From the sequence record PZ452612.1: a stretch of DNA of 64,000 nucleotides. One strand, written 5' to 3'. The notes under the pieces are model-generated. The model was not told where the DNA came from. It saw only the letters and a program-made list of their open reading frames with translations, and did no database searches. Source of the stretch: a phage. The translations under genes and the position numbers were made by a program. Shown piece after piece: positions 18,417 through 27,531 of the stretch. Every line of letters begins with the position of its first letter. The first letter of the stretch is position 1.

Positions 18417-18887
18417 TTAATCATGTTTCCACACCCCATTGGTATTCGACCAAAGTCGCTGATTATCTGATCCTCGCCACAGTTTTTTGGTCGGAAGATT
18501 TTTCTCATACTTCCCATCAATAATAACATCAACATATTTAAGCATTTCTAGTTGTTTAATATCTTCAAACTTATATCCTGTCCACAACCAAATGCTTTTA
18601 TTGGGATAAATATTTTTTACTGTTTGAACAATGCAATGAACAACATCTCTATTATCAGGATAGAGAGGGTCGCCTCCGGTTATAGTCAATCCTTCTATAT
18701 AATCATTATTCAAACATTCAATTAATTGTTCTAGTGTCTCTCCAGTGAATGGAGCACCATTTCTAGCGTTCCATGTTGATTTATTATAACACCCTTCACA
18801 TTTATGCAAACAACCTGTAACGAAAAGAACGACCCTGCAACCAGGGCCATTCACAAAATCGCAAGGATAAAATCTATCATAATTCAT
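18417..18887 (-). CDS. nrdG: Anaerobic ribonucleotide reductase activating protein NrdG (radical SAM)
   Basis: CLHKCEGCYN is a CX3CX2C radical-SAM motif; 156 aa; immediately downstream of nrdD. Confidence 0.9.
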   Translation of the reverse strand: MNYDRFYPCDFVNGPGCRVVLFVTGCLHKCEGCYNKSTWNARNGAPFTGETLEQLIECLNNDYIEGLTITGGDPLYPDNRDVVHCIVQTVKNIYPNKSIWLWTGYKFEDIKQLEMLKYVDVIIDGKYEKNLPTKKLWRGSDNQRLWSNTNGVWKHD

Positions 18888-20701
18888 TGGTGTTTAACCC
18901 TATGCATGATTTCTTTATTTTTACCGAGATTAAATCCGCGTTCGTTCGGATTTCCCAAATAACCGCATGTTCTTCTTATGGTGTTCATCTTTTTAGGATC
19001 AGTTTCTCCGCAAACTGAACAAACAAATCCGTTTTCAGTAGGAGTCATTTCATGGGTACTTCCACATGTAAAACATTTATCTACTGGCATATTAACACCA
19101 AAATAATCTAAATGTTGTGCAGCATAATCCCAGACAGCCTCAAGTCCCTTTAAATTGTTTTTCATATCTGGAAGTTCAACATAAGAAATGTGACCACCTG
19201 TCGCAATGAAATGATATGGCGCTTCACGAGAAATCTTTTCAAACGGAGTAATATTTTCTTCTACTGAAACATGGAAACTATTAGTGTACCAGCCTTTATC
19301 TGTAACATCTTTTACACTTCCATATTTTTCTGTGTCTAGTTTACAGAAACGATAACAAAGGTTTTCAGCAGGTGTAGAATACAAGCTAAAAGCAAACCCA
19401 GTTCTTTCAGTCCATTGTTTAAGAAGAGCATTCATTTTAGTTAAAATTTCTTGTCCAATATCACGTCCGACAAGAATATTCAATTCGTGGATACCAATGT
19501 ATCCTAAAGACACTGAACTTCTACCGTTTTTAAATAACTCAATTATGTCGTCATCAGGTTTAAGACGAACCCCGAATGCACCTTCTTGGTAAAGAATAGG
19601 AGCAACAGTCGCTTTAACTCCTTTTAAGGAACTAATTCTACACATCAAGGCTTCAAAACACAGATCCATACGTTCATTGAATAATTCAACAAATTTCTGT
19701 TCATTGAACTGTGTTCCAATATAAGAATCTAATGCGATACGAGGAAGATTCAGTGTTACAACACCGAGATTATTACGTCCATCAAGAATTTCATTACCAG
19801 TCGAATCTTTCCATACGCTCAAGAAACTACGGCAACCCATTGGAGAAACTGGAACTGAAGAACCAGTAATAGCTTTATTATTCTTAGCTGAAATAATATC
19901 AGGATACATTCTTTTGCTTGCGCACTCTAGAGCAAGCTGCTTAATATCATAGTTCGGATCGTCTTTATAAAGATTAACACCTTCTTCAACGAACATAACA
20001 AGCTTAGGGAAAATAGGAGTTATTCCATCACGACCAAGACCTTTAATGCGGTTTTTAAGAATTGCCTTCTGAATCATTCGTTCAGTCCAATCGGCCCCCG
20101 TACCAAATGTAATTGTTACAAAAGGCGTTTGTCCGTTTGAACTAAAGAGAGTATTTACTTCATATTCATAAGCTTGGAACGCGTCATAGACATCTTTTTC
20201 TGTTTTGGATTGAGCATAATTCAACGCATCAGCGATTTGCCATTTTTCCGCATCTTCAACATGTTTAGCGTATGTGCGTTTAACATAAGGAGAAAGAACT
20301 TTATCGACATTTGCAAATGTAGTTCCGCCATACTGATGTGAAGCAACTTGTGCAGTAATTTGTGCCATAATTGCAGTAGCAACACCAATCGATTTAGGCG
20401 TTTCAATTTGAGCATTGCCTAATTTAAATCCGTTCTCAAGCATCCCCTTTAAATCGACTAAACAACAATTAGTAAACGGAAGAGCAGGAGAATAATCAAT
20501 ATCATGCATGTGGATAATTCCACTTTCATGCGCATTCATAATAAAAGACGGGACCATATTTTTGGCAATGTGCTTAGACACAATACCAGCCATAAGGTCC
20601 CGTTGAGTTGGAAAAACACGAGAATCTTTATTAGCATTCTCGTTTAAAAGGTCTTTATTAGTTTTATGAATTAATCCTTCAATTTCTTTTTCAATTTTCA
20701 T
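18884..20701 (-). CDS. nrdD: Anaerobic ribonucleoside-triphosphate reductase NrdD
   Basis: 605 aa; C-terminal glycyl-radical motif RRTCGYLG and a C-terminal Cys cluster. Confidence 0.95.
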   Translation of the reverse strand: MKIEKEIEGLIHKTNKDLLNENANKDSRVFPTQRDLMAGIVSKHIAKNMVPSFIMNAHESGIIHMHDIDYSPALPFTNCCLVDLKGMLENGFKLGNAQIETPKSIGVATAIMAQITAQVASHQYGGTTFANVDKVLSPYVKRTYAKHVEDAEKWQIADALNYAQSKTEKDVYDAFQAYEYEVNTLFSSNGQTPFVTITFGTGADWTERMIQKAILKNRIKGLGRDGITPIFPKLVMFVEEGVNLYKDDPNYDIKQLALECASKRMYPDIISAKNNKAITGSSVPVSPMGCRSFLSVWKDSTGNEILDGRNNLGVVTLNLPRIALDSYIGTQFNEQKFVELFNERMDLCFEALMCRISSLKGVKATVAPILYQEGAFGVRLKPDDDIIELFKNGRSSVSLGYIGIHELNILVGRDIGQEILTKMNALLKQWTERTGFAFSLYSTPAENLCYRFCKLDTEKYGSVKDVTDKGWYTNSFHVSVEENITPFEKISREAPYHFIATGGHISYVELPDMKNNLKGLEAVWDYAAQHLDYFGVNMPVDKCFTCGSTHEMTPTENGFVCSVCGETDPKKMNTIRRTCGYLGNPNERGFNLGKNKEIMHRVKHQ

Positions 20702-21171
20702 TTTAAACTCTTTCTAAGCTGCTTTTTGAATGAAGCTATTAATTGTGTTTTAGTATCAGATTCATTATATTCAAATCCTCTTTGAAGCATCTCAGTCATC
20801 ATTTCCTCTTTACCTAGTCTTGAGAACTCTTTAGTTTTGTCTGGAACAAAATTAGGATGGATATTATTATCAGAATAATCTTGTTTCAAATAAGCAAGAA
20901 GAGCTTCAAGCCATTCGAGGTAATCAACGTTTTGACCTTTAAGACCAGAACGGTTGAACTTATGCTTCATTTGACCTTCTGCTGCATTGCACAGGTTACA
21001 TAGTAAACCACGAACCTTACCAGCTTTTGGCCCGTTTAATTCATGGTCGTGGTCAAGATGGTTACCTTGAACATCAGGGTCTAATTCACGGTGGCAAATA
21101 GGACACTTACCATTCTGTGCATCATAAAATTTTTGTTTTTCTTCTTTATATTTTGCGCCTGATAATAACAT
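20698..21171 (-). CDS. 49: Endonuclease VII (Holliday junction resolvase) gp49
   Basis: MLLSGAKYKEEKQKFYDAQNGKCPICHRELD...HLDHDHELNG matches T4 endo VII as recalled; 157 aa. Confidence 0.9.
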   Translation of the reverse strand: MLLSGAKYKEEKQKFYDAQNGKCPICHRELDPDVQGNHLDHDHELNGPKAGKVRGLLCNLCNAAEGQMKHKFNRSGLKGQNVDYLEWLEALLAYLKQDYSDNNIHPNFVPDKTKEFSRLGKEEMMTEMLQRGFEYNESDTKTQLIASFKKQLRKSLK

Positions 21172-21221
21172 GATAAACCCTTACCTTAAATAGATAAGGG
21201 TATTTATAATTTAGTAAACGT

Positions 21222-21389
21222 TATAAAAGTCTCGATGGAAACGCTTATACTGACGAATCATTCTTTTAGTAGGACGAGTTTCTGAAATAATTGAAGTCCT
21301 CATATTTGGATTGTTTGGGGCCCAATCATAATAAATTTCCAGGATTTTTGCCCATTTTTTCTTTCGCCATAAAATAGTTCAGTTTTCAT
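21222..21389 (-). pseudogene. Frameshifted, degenerate copy of the small basic-protein gene at 21814..21984
   Basis: Two reading frames together reproduce the paralog: MKTELFYGERKNGQKSWKF... in one frame and ...DWAPNNPNMRTSIISETRPTKRMIRQYKRF in another, versus the intact ...LLYRLLKNGKHDWYLLIKTDPNFFSGQPFTVRPTKRQLRKAKRSHRNFYREY. DNA similarity includes a shared TATAAAAGT..CGATG..TTTAGTAGGACGA stretch. Confidence 0.3.
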
Positions 21390-21398
21390 AATAAGCCC

Positions 21399-21812
21399 TT
21401 AACTTAAACGTCTTTCTAAATATTCAATGTATTCCGCGGCGGCTTGCATCAGATTACCTTCATAACCGTCATTATTTTCTTGACCGGCTAATTTAGCTAA
21501 AGCATAAGAAATACGTTCACCTTCGAATTCGCCAAGACCACCATCACAAACTACTTGGTCAATTTCTTCGAGTTCATCTATTGAATGGGATTCCCAGAAG
21601 CACCAAAGAGAAGTATCACGGTCATAGATGCAAAGTTTCTCACCTGTGTTCAACATCACTTCGATAATGCCATGGTCGCCATAACCATCTTCGGTAGTAG
21701 TACCAATTACCTTGATGATTGTTCCTTTCTTTAATTCAGGAAACTTGACTTGTAGTTCTTCATCTTCTTTAACAATCTTGAACCATTTACCGCGAGTTTC
21801 AGAAATATTCAT
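21399..21812 (-). CDS. Hypothetical protein (pin-like position)
   Basis: Track ORF 21399..21950 trimmed to the internal Met MNISETRGKWFKIV..., which abuts the upstream gene. Sits between 49 and nrdC where T4 has pin; no sequence match claimed. Confidence 0.4.
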   Translation of the reverse strand: MNISETRGKWFKIVKEDEELQVKFPELKKGTIIKVIGTTTEDGYGDHGIIEVMLNTGEKLCIYDRDTSLWCFWESHSIDELEEIDQVVCDGGLGEFEGERISYALAKLAGQENNDGYEGNLMQAAAEYIEYLERRLS

Positions 21813-21813
21813 A

Positions 21814-21984
21814 TCAATATTCTCTATAAAAGTTACGATGAGAACGTTTAGCTTTGCGAAGCTGACGTTTAGTAGGACGAACTGTAAATGGTTGTCCAGA
21901 GAAAAAATTCGGATCGGTTTTAATAAGCAAATACCAATCATGTTTGCCATTTTTTAATAAACGGTACAATAATTTAACTTGCAT
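21814..21984 (-). CDS. Small basic protein (56 aa)
   Basis: MQVKLLYRLLKNGKHDWYLLIKTDPNFFSGQPFTVRPTKRQLRKAKRSHRNFYREY; has a degenerate paralog about 600 bp downstream. Confidence 0.4.
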   Translation of the reverse strand: MQVKLLYRLLKNGKHDWYLLIKTDPNFFSGQPFTVRPTKRQLRKAKRSHRNFYREY

Positions 21985-22112
21985 AATAATCTCTTCCCAT
22001 TTCCATATCAATTAATTCATTTATTGAAGGTTCATCATAACACGTTTCTTCGTCGTTGTAAACTGTTTCGACGTCTGGCTCGACCGTCTCCCATCGAGCC
22101 GAATACCACGGT

Positions 22113-22469
22113 TTAACCGCGGAGTTTATTGATCTCTTCATAATCAACCCAGGATTCTAGCCCAGATGGCAAATCAGATTCAATTTCCCAAAGAAGCTCT
22201 TCAATGGCTTGCAGGCGATTATATTCTTCAACGGTAATGGTAACCATTGGTGCAACCGGTTCTGCCTTTTTAACAATCATATCGTTCATCAGGATGTAAA
22301 GGTCATCACGAACGACAGTGTCGTTCCAACCCCATGATTTGGCTTCATAAGCTAATGATGAAGGGAGCACATTTAAAACTTCAATAATAGTTGGAGCATC
22401 AGGACCAAGTTCATTGGCACAAACTTCGTATACATCTTGGAAATCTTTAAGATTTAATGAATATGTCAT
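22113..22469 (-). CDS. Hypothetical acidic protein
   Basis: 118 aa ORF. Confidence 0.45.
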   Translation of the reverse strand: MTYSLNLKDFQDVYEVCANELGPDAPTIIEVLNVLPSSLAYEAKSWGWNDTVVRDDLYILMNDMIVKKAEPVAPMVTITVEEYNRLQAIEELLWEIESDLPSGLESWVDYEEINKLRG

Positions 22470-22729
22470 TTAAAATATTCTCGTAGTTGGTCAAAGCCAC
22501 CGATCGAAGTTCCATCAGGAGCAAACACTTGAGGCATAGTCAATCCAACTTGTGATTCACGTCCAAGCTTAACCAGAAGCTCAGCAATTTTCTCATCATC
22601 AAAAACACCTTTTTCTGGCATAACGTTAATGAATTCGAATGGTTGTTTCTTAACAGTCAGCAATCGTTTCGCATTATCACAATAAATGCATTTATGAATA
22701 GTAGAGTCATACCCGTACACTTTAAACAT
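22466..22729 (-). CDS. nrdC: Thioredoxin/glutaredoxin NrdC
   Basis: MFKVYGYDSTIHKCIYCDNAKRLLTVKKQPFEFINVMPEKGVFDDEKIAELL... matches T4 NrdC as recalled; CIYC redox motif. Confidence 0.85.
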   Translation of the reverse strand: MFKVYGYDSTIHKCIYCDNAKRLLTVKKQPFEFINVMPEKGVFDDEKIAELLVKLGRESQVGLTMPQVFAPDGTSIGGFDQLREYFK

Positions 22730-23135
22730 TATTTTTCCTTTCATCGATTAAATATGCAACGCCAAATACAATACATGTAATAAAACCTGTGATACAGATA
22801 GAAACCAACAACACTGTACCAAAGAACCAAATCAGGTTATCTTTAGTAGTTTGTTTTATATCCATCTCACGAATTTCTATAGCTATAGTATCACCTTTAT
22901 TCAGAAGCGTATAAAACGACGGTGATACATGCCTGTCAAAAACTCGTCCTTGCTCATCTTTATAGACTGCAATAAATTCTAATTTAGAATATTTTCCTGT
23001 AGATTGACCTGAGATTAATTCCACTACCTCCACAGGAATTACTTTAGTTTCCATGTAAGTATTCTGACTGTTCCAAATGAATGGAATAATAGCAAAAACT
23101 AAAGCTGCGATAAAACAACGAAGGCTATATCTCAT
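22722..23135 (-). CDS. Membrane protein
   Basis: 137 aa with N- and C-terminal hydrophobic segments. Confidence 0.45.
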   Translation of the reverse strand: MRYSLRCFIAALVFAIIPFIWNSQNTYMETKVIPVEVVELISGQSTGKYSKLEFIAVYKDEQGRVFDRHVSPSFYTLLNKGDTIAIEIREMDIKQTTKDNLIWFFGTVLLVSICITGFITCIVFGVAYLIDERKNNV

Positions 23136-23440
23136 TATAATGTTCTCTCAAATTTGTGGAAGCATTTACGGCATTTCAATTTCAAGTTATCACTGGTCCA
23201 GTTAACCAGTTGGACTTGGATAGTTCCACATTCCGGACATGGATGTTTTGCTGCCGATTTGGCAGCATTTTCACGTCGTTCAACCATTTTCATGATTTCG
23301 TTCCATGCTGGAGGAACGAACTCTTCTTCACCGTGGATTTTATCTCGCTGAACAAATTCAATCTTTGAACTATCGTCAATAAACTTAACCAAGCGGTGAT
23401 TAGTGTTCATATCAATATCCTCTAAAAGACGTAGTTTCAT
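23135..23440 (-). CDS. Zinc-ribbon protein
   Basis: CPECG...CRKC C2C2 arrangement in a 101 aa ORF. Confidence 0.5.
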   Translation of the reverse strand: MKLRLLEDIDMNTNHRLVKFIDDSSKIEFVQRDKIHGEEEFVPPAWNEIMKMVERRENAAKSAAKHPCPECGTIQVQLVNWTSDNLKLKCRKCFHKFERTL

Positions 23441-24384
23441 TATAACACCTCAATGGCATTTCGTAAACCATCCGCTTTCGCATTCAGAGCTTTTAACGAT
23501 TTAGTCTGTTCTTTAATCTGGGCTTCGACTTCTTTCAGACGAGATTTGAGATATTCGCGTTCTTCGGCCATGATATCGACCTTTTCTGCTTTAGGTTCTT
23601 TAATAGGCTTAAACACATTAGGGTTCTTCAGTTTAATTTTAATTCGAGAACTGAATAACATTGAACCGTTATCTTCGGTTTCGTCGAACATTTCAACAAC
23701 ATCCATAGTCTGTAACATCATGCGAAGTTTATAAGACAGAGAACGAATGGTTTTGTTGCGCTTATTAATTTCTTCGGCTTTCATGGTACCGAGATTACGT
23801 GAGTAATAATAAGGAACCTGGATATCAATTGATAACGATGCGTTACCATTACCAGTTGGTTTGAATACTGCAGTAACCCAATCTTTAACATGAACTTTAT
23901 TTGTACGACCATCGCCGCCTGTGAATAATTTACGTGAATGTTTAAAAAGCATATTCACTTGGTTATTGAATTCACAAGCAAATTTATCAGCAAATTTAGT
24001 TTCAGGAATGGTGGAGAACCAATCAGCTAAATGAGTCTTTTTAACATCATTAACAATAGTGAATTCAACCAAATCGGTTTTAGATGTCACAGATTTAATA
24101 AAGCTCGGTTTCATAAAGTTTTTAATGTTATCACGAGCCACAGTAGAAGATAATAAACGAGAACGTTTGAACCATTGAAGCAACGTCCCTAATGAATGAG
24201 AATATGCATTTTGAGTATCTTTACAGATATGATTTTCTTGGCCTGTGTATGTACCAAAATCGCGAAGAATACCACTTACTACATCTCGGTGTGGAACATC
24301 AAATCCTAATGAACCAGAAGCACGTTGGGCATGAACGTTAGCGATAAGACCTGCAAAGTATTCAATGTAATGTGAACGTGTCAT
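23440..24384 (-). CDS. Hypothetical protein with C-terminal coiled coil
   Basis: 314 aa; C-terminus REYLKSRLKEVEAQIKEQTKSLKALNAKADGLRNAIEVL; preceded by the GTTTAC-N18-TATAAT module at 24413..24442. Confidence 0.5.
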   Translation of the reverse strand: MTRSHYIEYFAGLIANVHAQRASGSLGFDVPHRDVVSGILRDFGTYTGQENHICKDTQNAYSHSLGTLLQWFKRSRLLSSTVARDNIKNFMKPSFIKSVTSKTDLVEFTIVNDVKKTHLADWFSTIPETKFADKFACEFNNQVNMLFKHSRKLFTGGDGRTNKVHVKDWVTAVFKPTGNGNASLSIDIQVPYYYSRNLGTMKAEEINKRNKTIRSLSYKLRMMLQTMDVVEMFDETEDNGSMLFSSRIKIKLKNPNVFKPIKEPKAEKVDIMAEEREYLKSRLKEVEAQIKEQTKSLKALNAKADGLRNAIEVL

Positions 24385-24412
24385 AATATTTTCCTCTCGT
24401 TAAGATAGATTC

Positions 24413-24442
24413 ATTATACTCCAACCATCCTTGGTTGTAAAC
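24413..24442 (-). promoter_or_regulatory. Early-type promoter: GTTTAC -35, 18-bp spacer containing hairpin CAACCA-AGGA-TGGTTG, TATAAT -10
   Basis: Minus strand reads GTTTACAACCAAGGATGGTTGGAGTATAAT, 28 nt upstream of the ATG at 24384. Confidence 0.55.
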
Positions 24443-24446
24443 TATT

Positions 24447-25406
24447 TTATGATTTTAACGCATTCATTGCGTTAAAAAGTTTAGAATACTGCAACTGGAG
24501 ATTCGTTACAACACTTTGAGCATCACGAAGCTTAGCTTGTGCTTTGTCAAGTTCAACAGACAGTTGGTCCATAGTGGCCTTGATTTGATTGTAATGGTAA
24601 TCTTCGGCCGGAAGAAGGTCATTAGAAACATTTAGTTTTACTGCAGACAGTTTGCACACATTTGGCAAACCTTTAAACATTGATTTACCCGAAGTAGAAT
24701 AAGCACTTAGGACTTCGGCCTGTTCAATTGGGGTCCCAGTAAGCGATGCTTCAAACAATGCATTTTCCTTTTTAAGATTTTGATAATATTCGGAGTCTTT
24801 GTGCCACCATGGCGCAGGAACCTTTTTACCAATAGATACACGAGCCTGGATAGCGATATGGCCCTTATTCTTGATAAGGTCGATAATATTAAGCTCACGA
24901 GAATAAATCGCTTTAATCTGGTGGATATTATCACCTAAAACTTCCAACGCTTGGTGGAATACACGAGCGACATTATCATTCTTAGGTTTATACGTAAGAG
25001 TGAACTCATTCTCACTGATAACCATGATTTCCAACTTATCGTAAGTATATTTCAAATGTTTCATGTTAATTGCTTGAGGACGAATACGAGAAGCAATGGC
25101 CATCAGATTGTTAAGGTTATTCCGGAACTGCTTAGCGAAATATTGTCCTTCACCGCCAATACAAAAATTACGAAGTTTCTGTTTGGCCAATAAACGGCTG
25201 AACTCACCATTTTTAATGAACTCTTTAACGGGTGTGTTAGTAACGCATTCAAATTGAGTAAACTTACGAGAAGTAATCCCATAATATGAACAGATTTCCT
25301 CAATCTCTTCAGGAGTCTTTACAGGCATACGGATAGGATTAGGTCCTGGAGTATATGCGTTCGAGGTAAATTCTTTGATAAGTTCTCTACGTGTAATAAA
25401 AGCCAT
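24447..25406 (-). CDS. Hypothetical protein with C-terminal coiled coil
   Basis: 319 aa; C-terminus ...MDQLSVELDKAQAKLRDAQSVVTNLQLQYSKLFNAMNALKS; its 5' region contains the same 27-nt module. Confidence 0.5.
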   Translation of the reverse strand: MAFITRRELIKEFTSNAYTPGPNPIRMPVKTPEEIEEICSYYGITSRKFTQFECVTNTPVKEFIKNGEFSRLLAKQKLRNFCIGGEGQYFAKQFRNNLNNLMAIASRIRPQAINMKHLKYTYDKLEIMVISENEFTLTYKPKNDNVARVFHQALEVLGDNIHQIKAIYSRELNIIDLIKNKGHIAIQARVSIGKKVPAPWWHKDSEYYQNLKKENALFEASLTGTPIEQAEVLSAYSTSGKSMFKGLPNVCKLSAVKLNVSNDLLPAEDYHYNQIKATMDQLSVELDKAQAKLRDAQSVVTNLQLQYSKLFNAMNALKS

Positions 25407-25461
25407 TTTATATTCCTCATGTTGAAAAATTTATTATACTCCAACCATCCTTGGTTGTACA

Positions 25462-26457
25462 TCATTCCTTAAGAAGTTTTACTACCTGAATAAGATTAGC
25501 TCGTTCTGTTTTATTTTTACCGTTTAAGCCTGCTAATCGTGAGATTTCATCGTCAGTCTGTTGAATAGTTACATTAAGTTCGTTAATCAAAGCTTCAAAG
25601 TATTTGATTTGCTCAGCATGTTTTGATTCAAATTTCTGAACCGGAATAACGTCTTGGTTCAGTTCATCAATAAGGTCTTTAAGAGCATCTTCTTGGTTGA
25701 TATCATATTCAACTTCTTTTATTTCTTCAACGAGCTCGTCTTTATATCTAACGTCTTTTAGTCCTGGAGCTGGTCCTGAAATCTCTTCTTTAAGAGTACA
25801 AACATACCCAATACGGTATCCAACGCCGTCTCGCTTGATATCAACTTCGTCGATAAATCCACAATGTTTAAGTCCAGAGCCGATTATGTCAAAATATCCT
25901 TGACGTCGTCCTTCAAACGTTACACGAACTACTAAGACGGTTTTGCCACCGACCTTTTGAAGCTCACATTTATAAAAGTTTGTTGAACCTGAATAACATG
26001 GATGAGTTTTAAAGTTCATCTGACGATCTAGGCCCATTTGTAAACGTGCTGTTACGGCCATAAAACGTGTTTGGTTCTCGTTAAGATGAGCAACAATCCA
26101 TTTCAAAGGCATTTTACCCTGTTCACGGCCGAACAAATCAGTACGTCCTAGATTACGCAGGATGTTGTTAGAGTTAATCATCGACAGAACGTTAAGTTTA
26201 TTCAGCGCGCTGAAGATTCCATCAGCCATTGATTTTCCATAACCTTTACACGCTTTAATAAGTGCTCGCGGCAGATTAGTATAGATTTCAGACGGCATAT
26301 GAAAATCAAATTTACTAGTCAGTAATTGATGAACTTGGATAGCAATTTGCTCATAATTAAGTGCTCTGCGATCGTTATGGTCTTTAAACCATACTTTAAT
26401 CTGTGAAGCACATAAACCGTTAATTTCATGTTTTACCGCATCAGATGTAATGCTCAT
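25462..26457 (-). CDS. Hypothetical protein with C-terminal coiled coil
   Basis: 331 aa; acidic linker then coiled coil. Confidence 0.5.
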   Translation of the reverse strand: MSITSDAVKHEINGLCASQIKVWFKDHNDRRALNYEQIAIQVHQLLTSKFDFHMPSEIYTNLPRALIKACKGYGKSMADGIFSALNKLNVLSMINSNNILRNLGRTDLFGREQGKMPLKWIVAHLNENQTRFMAVTARLQMGLDRQMNFKTHPCYSGSTNFYKCELQKVGGKTVLVVRVTFEGRRQGYFDIIGSGLKHCGFIDEVDIKRDGVGYRIGYVCTLKEEISGPAPGLKDVRYKDELVEEIKEVEYDINQEDALKDLIDELNQDVIPVQKFESKHAEQIKYFEALINELNVTIQQTDDEISRLAGLNGKNKTERANLIQVVKLLKE

Positions 26458-26519
26458 AACTATTTCCTCGGATTGAATTGGAACTCAAAACCATTATAAC
26501 CCGTCCTTGGGTAAAGCGT

Positions 26520-27047
26520 TTATGCGTGAACCGACTTTAAACGTTCTTCAAATTTCCGAAGAGTACTAATACGTTCTGCTTTCTGTTTTGTATAGTTTGC
26601 AATACGTTCTGAAGTGAGAGCGTATCGTTCGTTTACTGTTTCTTTCATGAAGTCAGGGATTTCACGAGAAGCTTTAATTTCATCAAACTTATCGAGTACT
26701 GCCTGGTCTTCAGCAATTAAATTTTCGTACATCTCGATATCTTTCTTGATGAAGTCGATATCTTCCTGGGTTACTTTGGATAAACGAGATGCTTTATCCT
26801 TTTTGTACTGCTCGTTAGTTTCACGAGACCAGAATAATGTACGTTTTTTGTTAGTGTTTTTGTAGACTTCCACAATTCCAACTGAATCGATGATAACAAT
26901 CCAATTCCAGCGAGATTTGAAAATCTGACCTCCGTCCACGGTAATCTCGTTACCATAAGCAATGTCATTAAAGAACTTACTTTGTGCTTCGGATTTAAAT
27001 TTACCGTCGTTATAATTTACCAGGTTGAAAATATCTTTAGCGTTCAT
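26520..27047 (-). CDS. Hypothetical protein
   Basis: 175 aa ORF. Confidence 0.45.
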   Translation of the reverse strand: MNAKDIFNLVNYNDGKFKSEAQSKFFNDIAYGNEITVDGGQIFKSRWNWIVIIDSVGIVEVYKNTNKKRTLFWSRETNEQYKKDKASRLSKVTQEDIDFIKKDIEMYENLIAEDQAVLDKFDEIKASREIPDFMKETVNERYALTSERIANYTKQKAERISTLRKFEERLKSVHA

Positions 27048-27074
27048 GTTTTACCTCCAGTAGTTGATAGGTCT

Positions 27075-27103
27075 ATAATAACATAACCATAGACCTTGTA
27101 AAC
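27075..27103 (-). promoter_or_regulatory. Early-type promoter (GTTTAC -35, TATTAT -10) overlapping palindrome AGGTCTA...TAGACCT
   Basis: Minus strand reads GTTTACAAGGTCTATGGTTATGTTATTAT upstream of 26520..27047. Confidence 0.45.
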
Positions 27104-27105
27104 AA

Positions 27106-27393
27106 CTAAAAGAAACTTTTTTCGGTATTTTTTCCACTGAACCAAACAGACTTCGGGATTTTTTGTAATTTTTCAGATTTAAGTTTCTCTTCCTGTTCTT
27201 TCTTATATACACCCTTGTCGTACTGGAGCATCTCTATGACATTCTTTTGCAAACGATCTAAGGTAATTAAGGCTTTAGTTTTTCCTTTCAAGGAAGAGTC
27301 CTGGCGAACCTCCTCGCTATATTGCATTGTAGAACTAACCATACGATGAGCATAGAGTTCGACTGCGGCTTTAATTTTTTGCATAAAATCCAT
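27106..27393 (-). CDS. Hypothetical protein
   Basis: 95 aa ORF; the overlapping 27288..27494 ORF is treated as an alternative, less likely frame. Confidence 0.35.
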   Translation of the reverse strand: MDFMQKIKAAVELYAHRMVSSTMQYSEEVRQDSSLKGKTKALITLDRLQKNVIEMLQYDKGVYKKEQEEKLKSEKLQKIPKSVWFSGKNTEKSFF

Positions 27394-27531
27394 AACATAT
27401 CCTCTTTGATTTGTACATCATTATTTTTAAATATTTCTATGCCCTCAGTAGGTTCCTGGTGTCCTTCTTTGAGGTAAGCCATATGATTATTCATCTTTAT
27501 GGCTTTTGTTACCTCAGAACTTCCTATAAGC

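Noticed and set aside
18314-18535. 73-aa ORF overlapping the 3' end of nrdG
   Set aside because: Most of it is an out-of-frame read through nrdG; only a roughly 36-aa tail (from MIKLNYIMDT at about 18424) could be independent, which is too weak to call.
27288-27494. 68-aa ORF overlapping 27106..27393
   Set aside because: It overlaps the longer ORF by 106 nt in another frame and has no independent ribosome-binding site; kept only the 95-aa frame.
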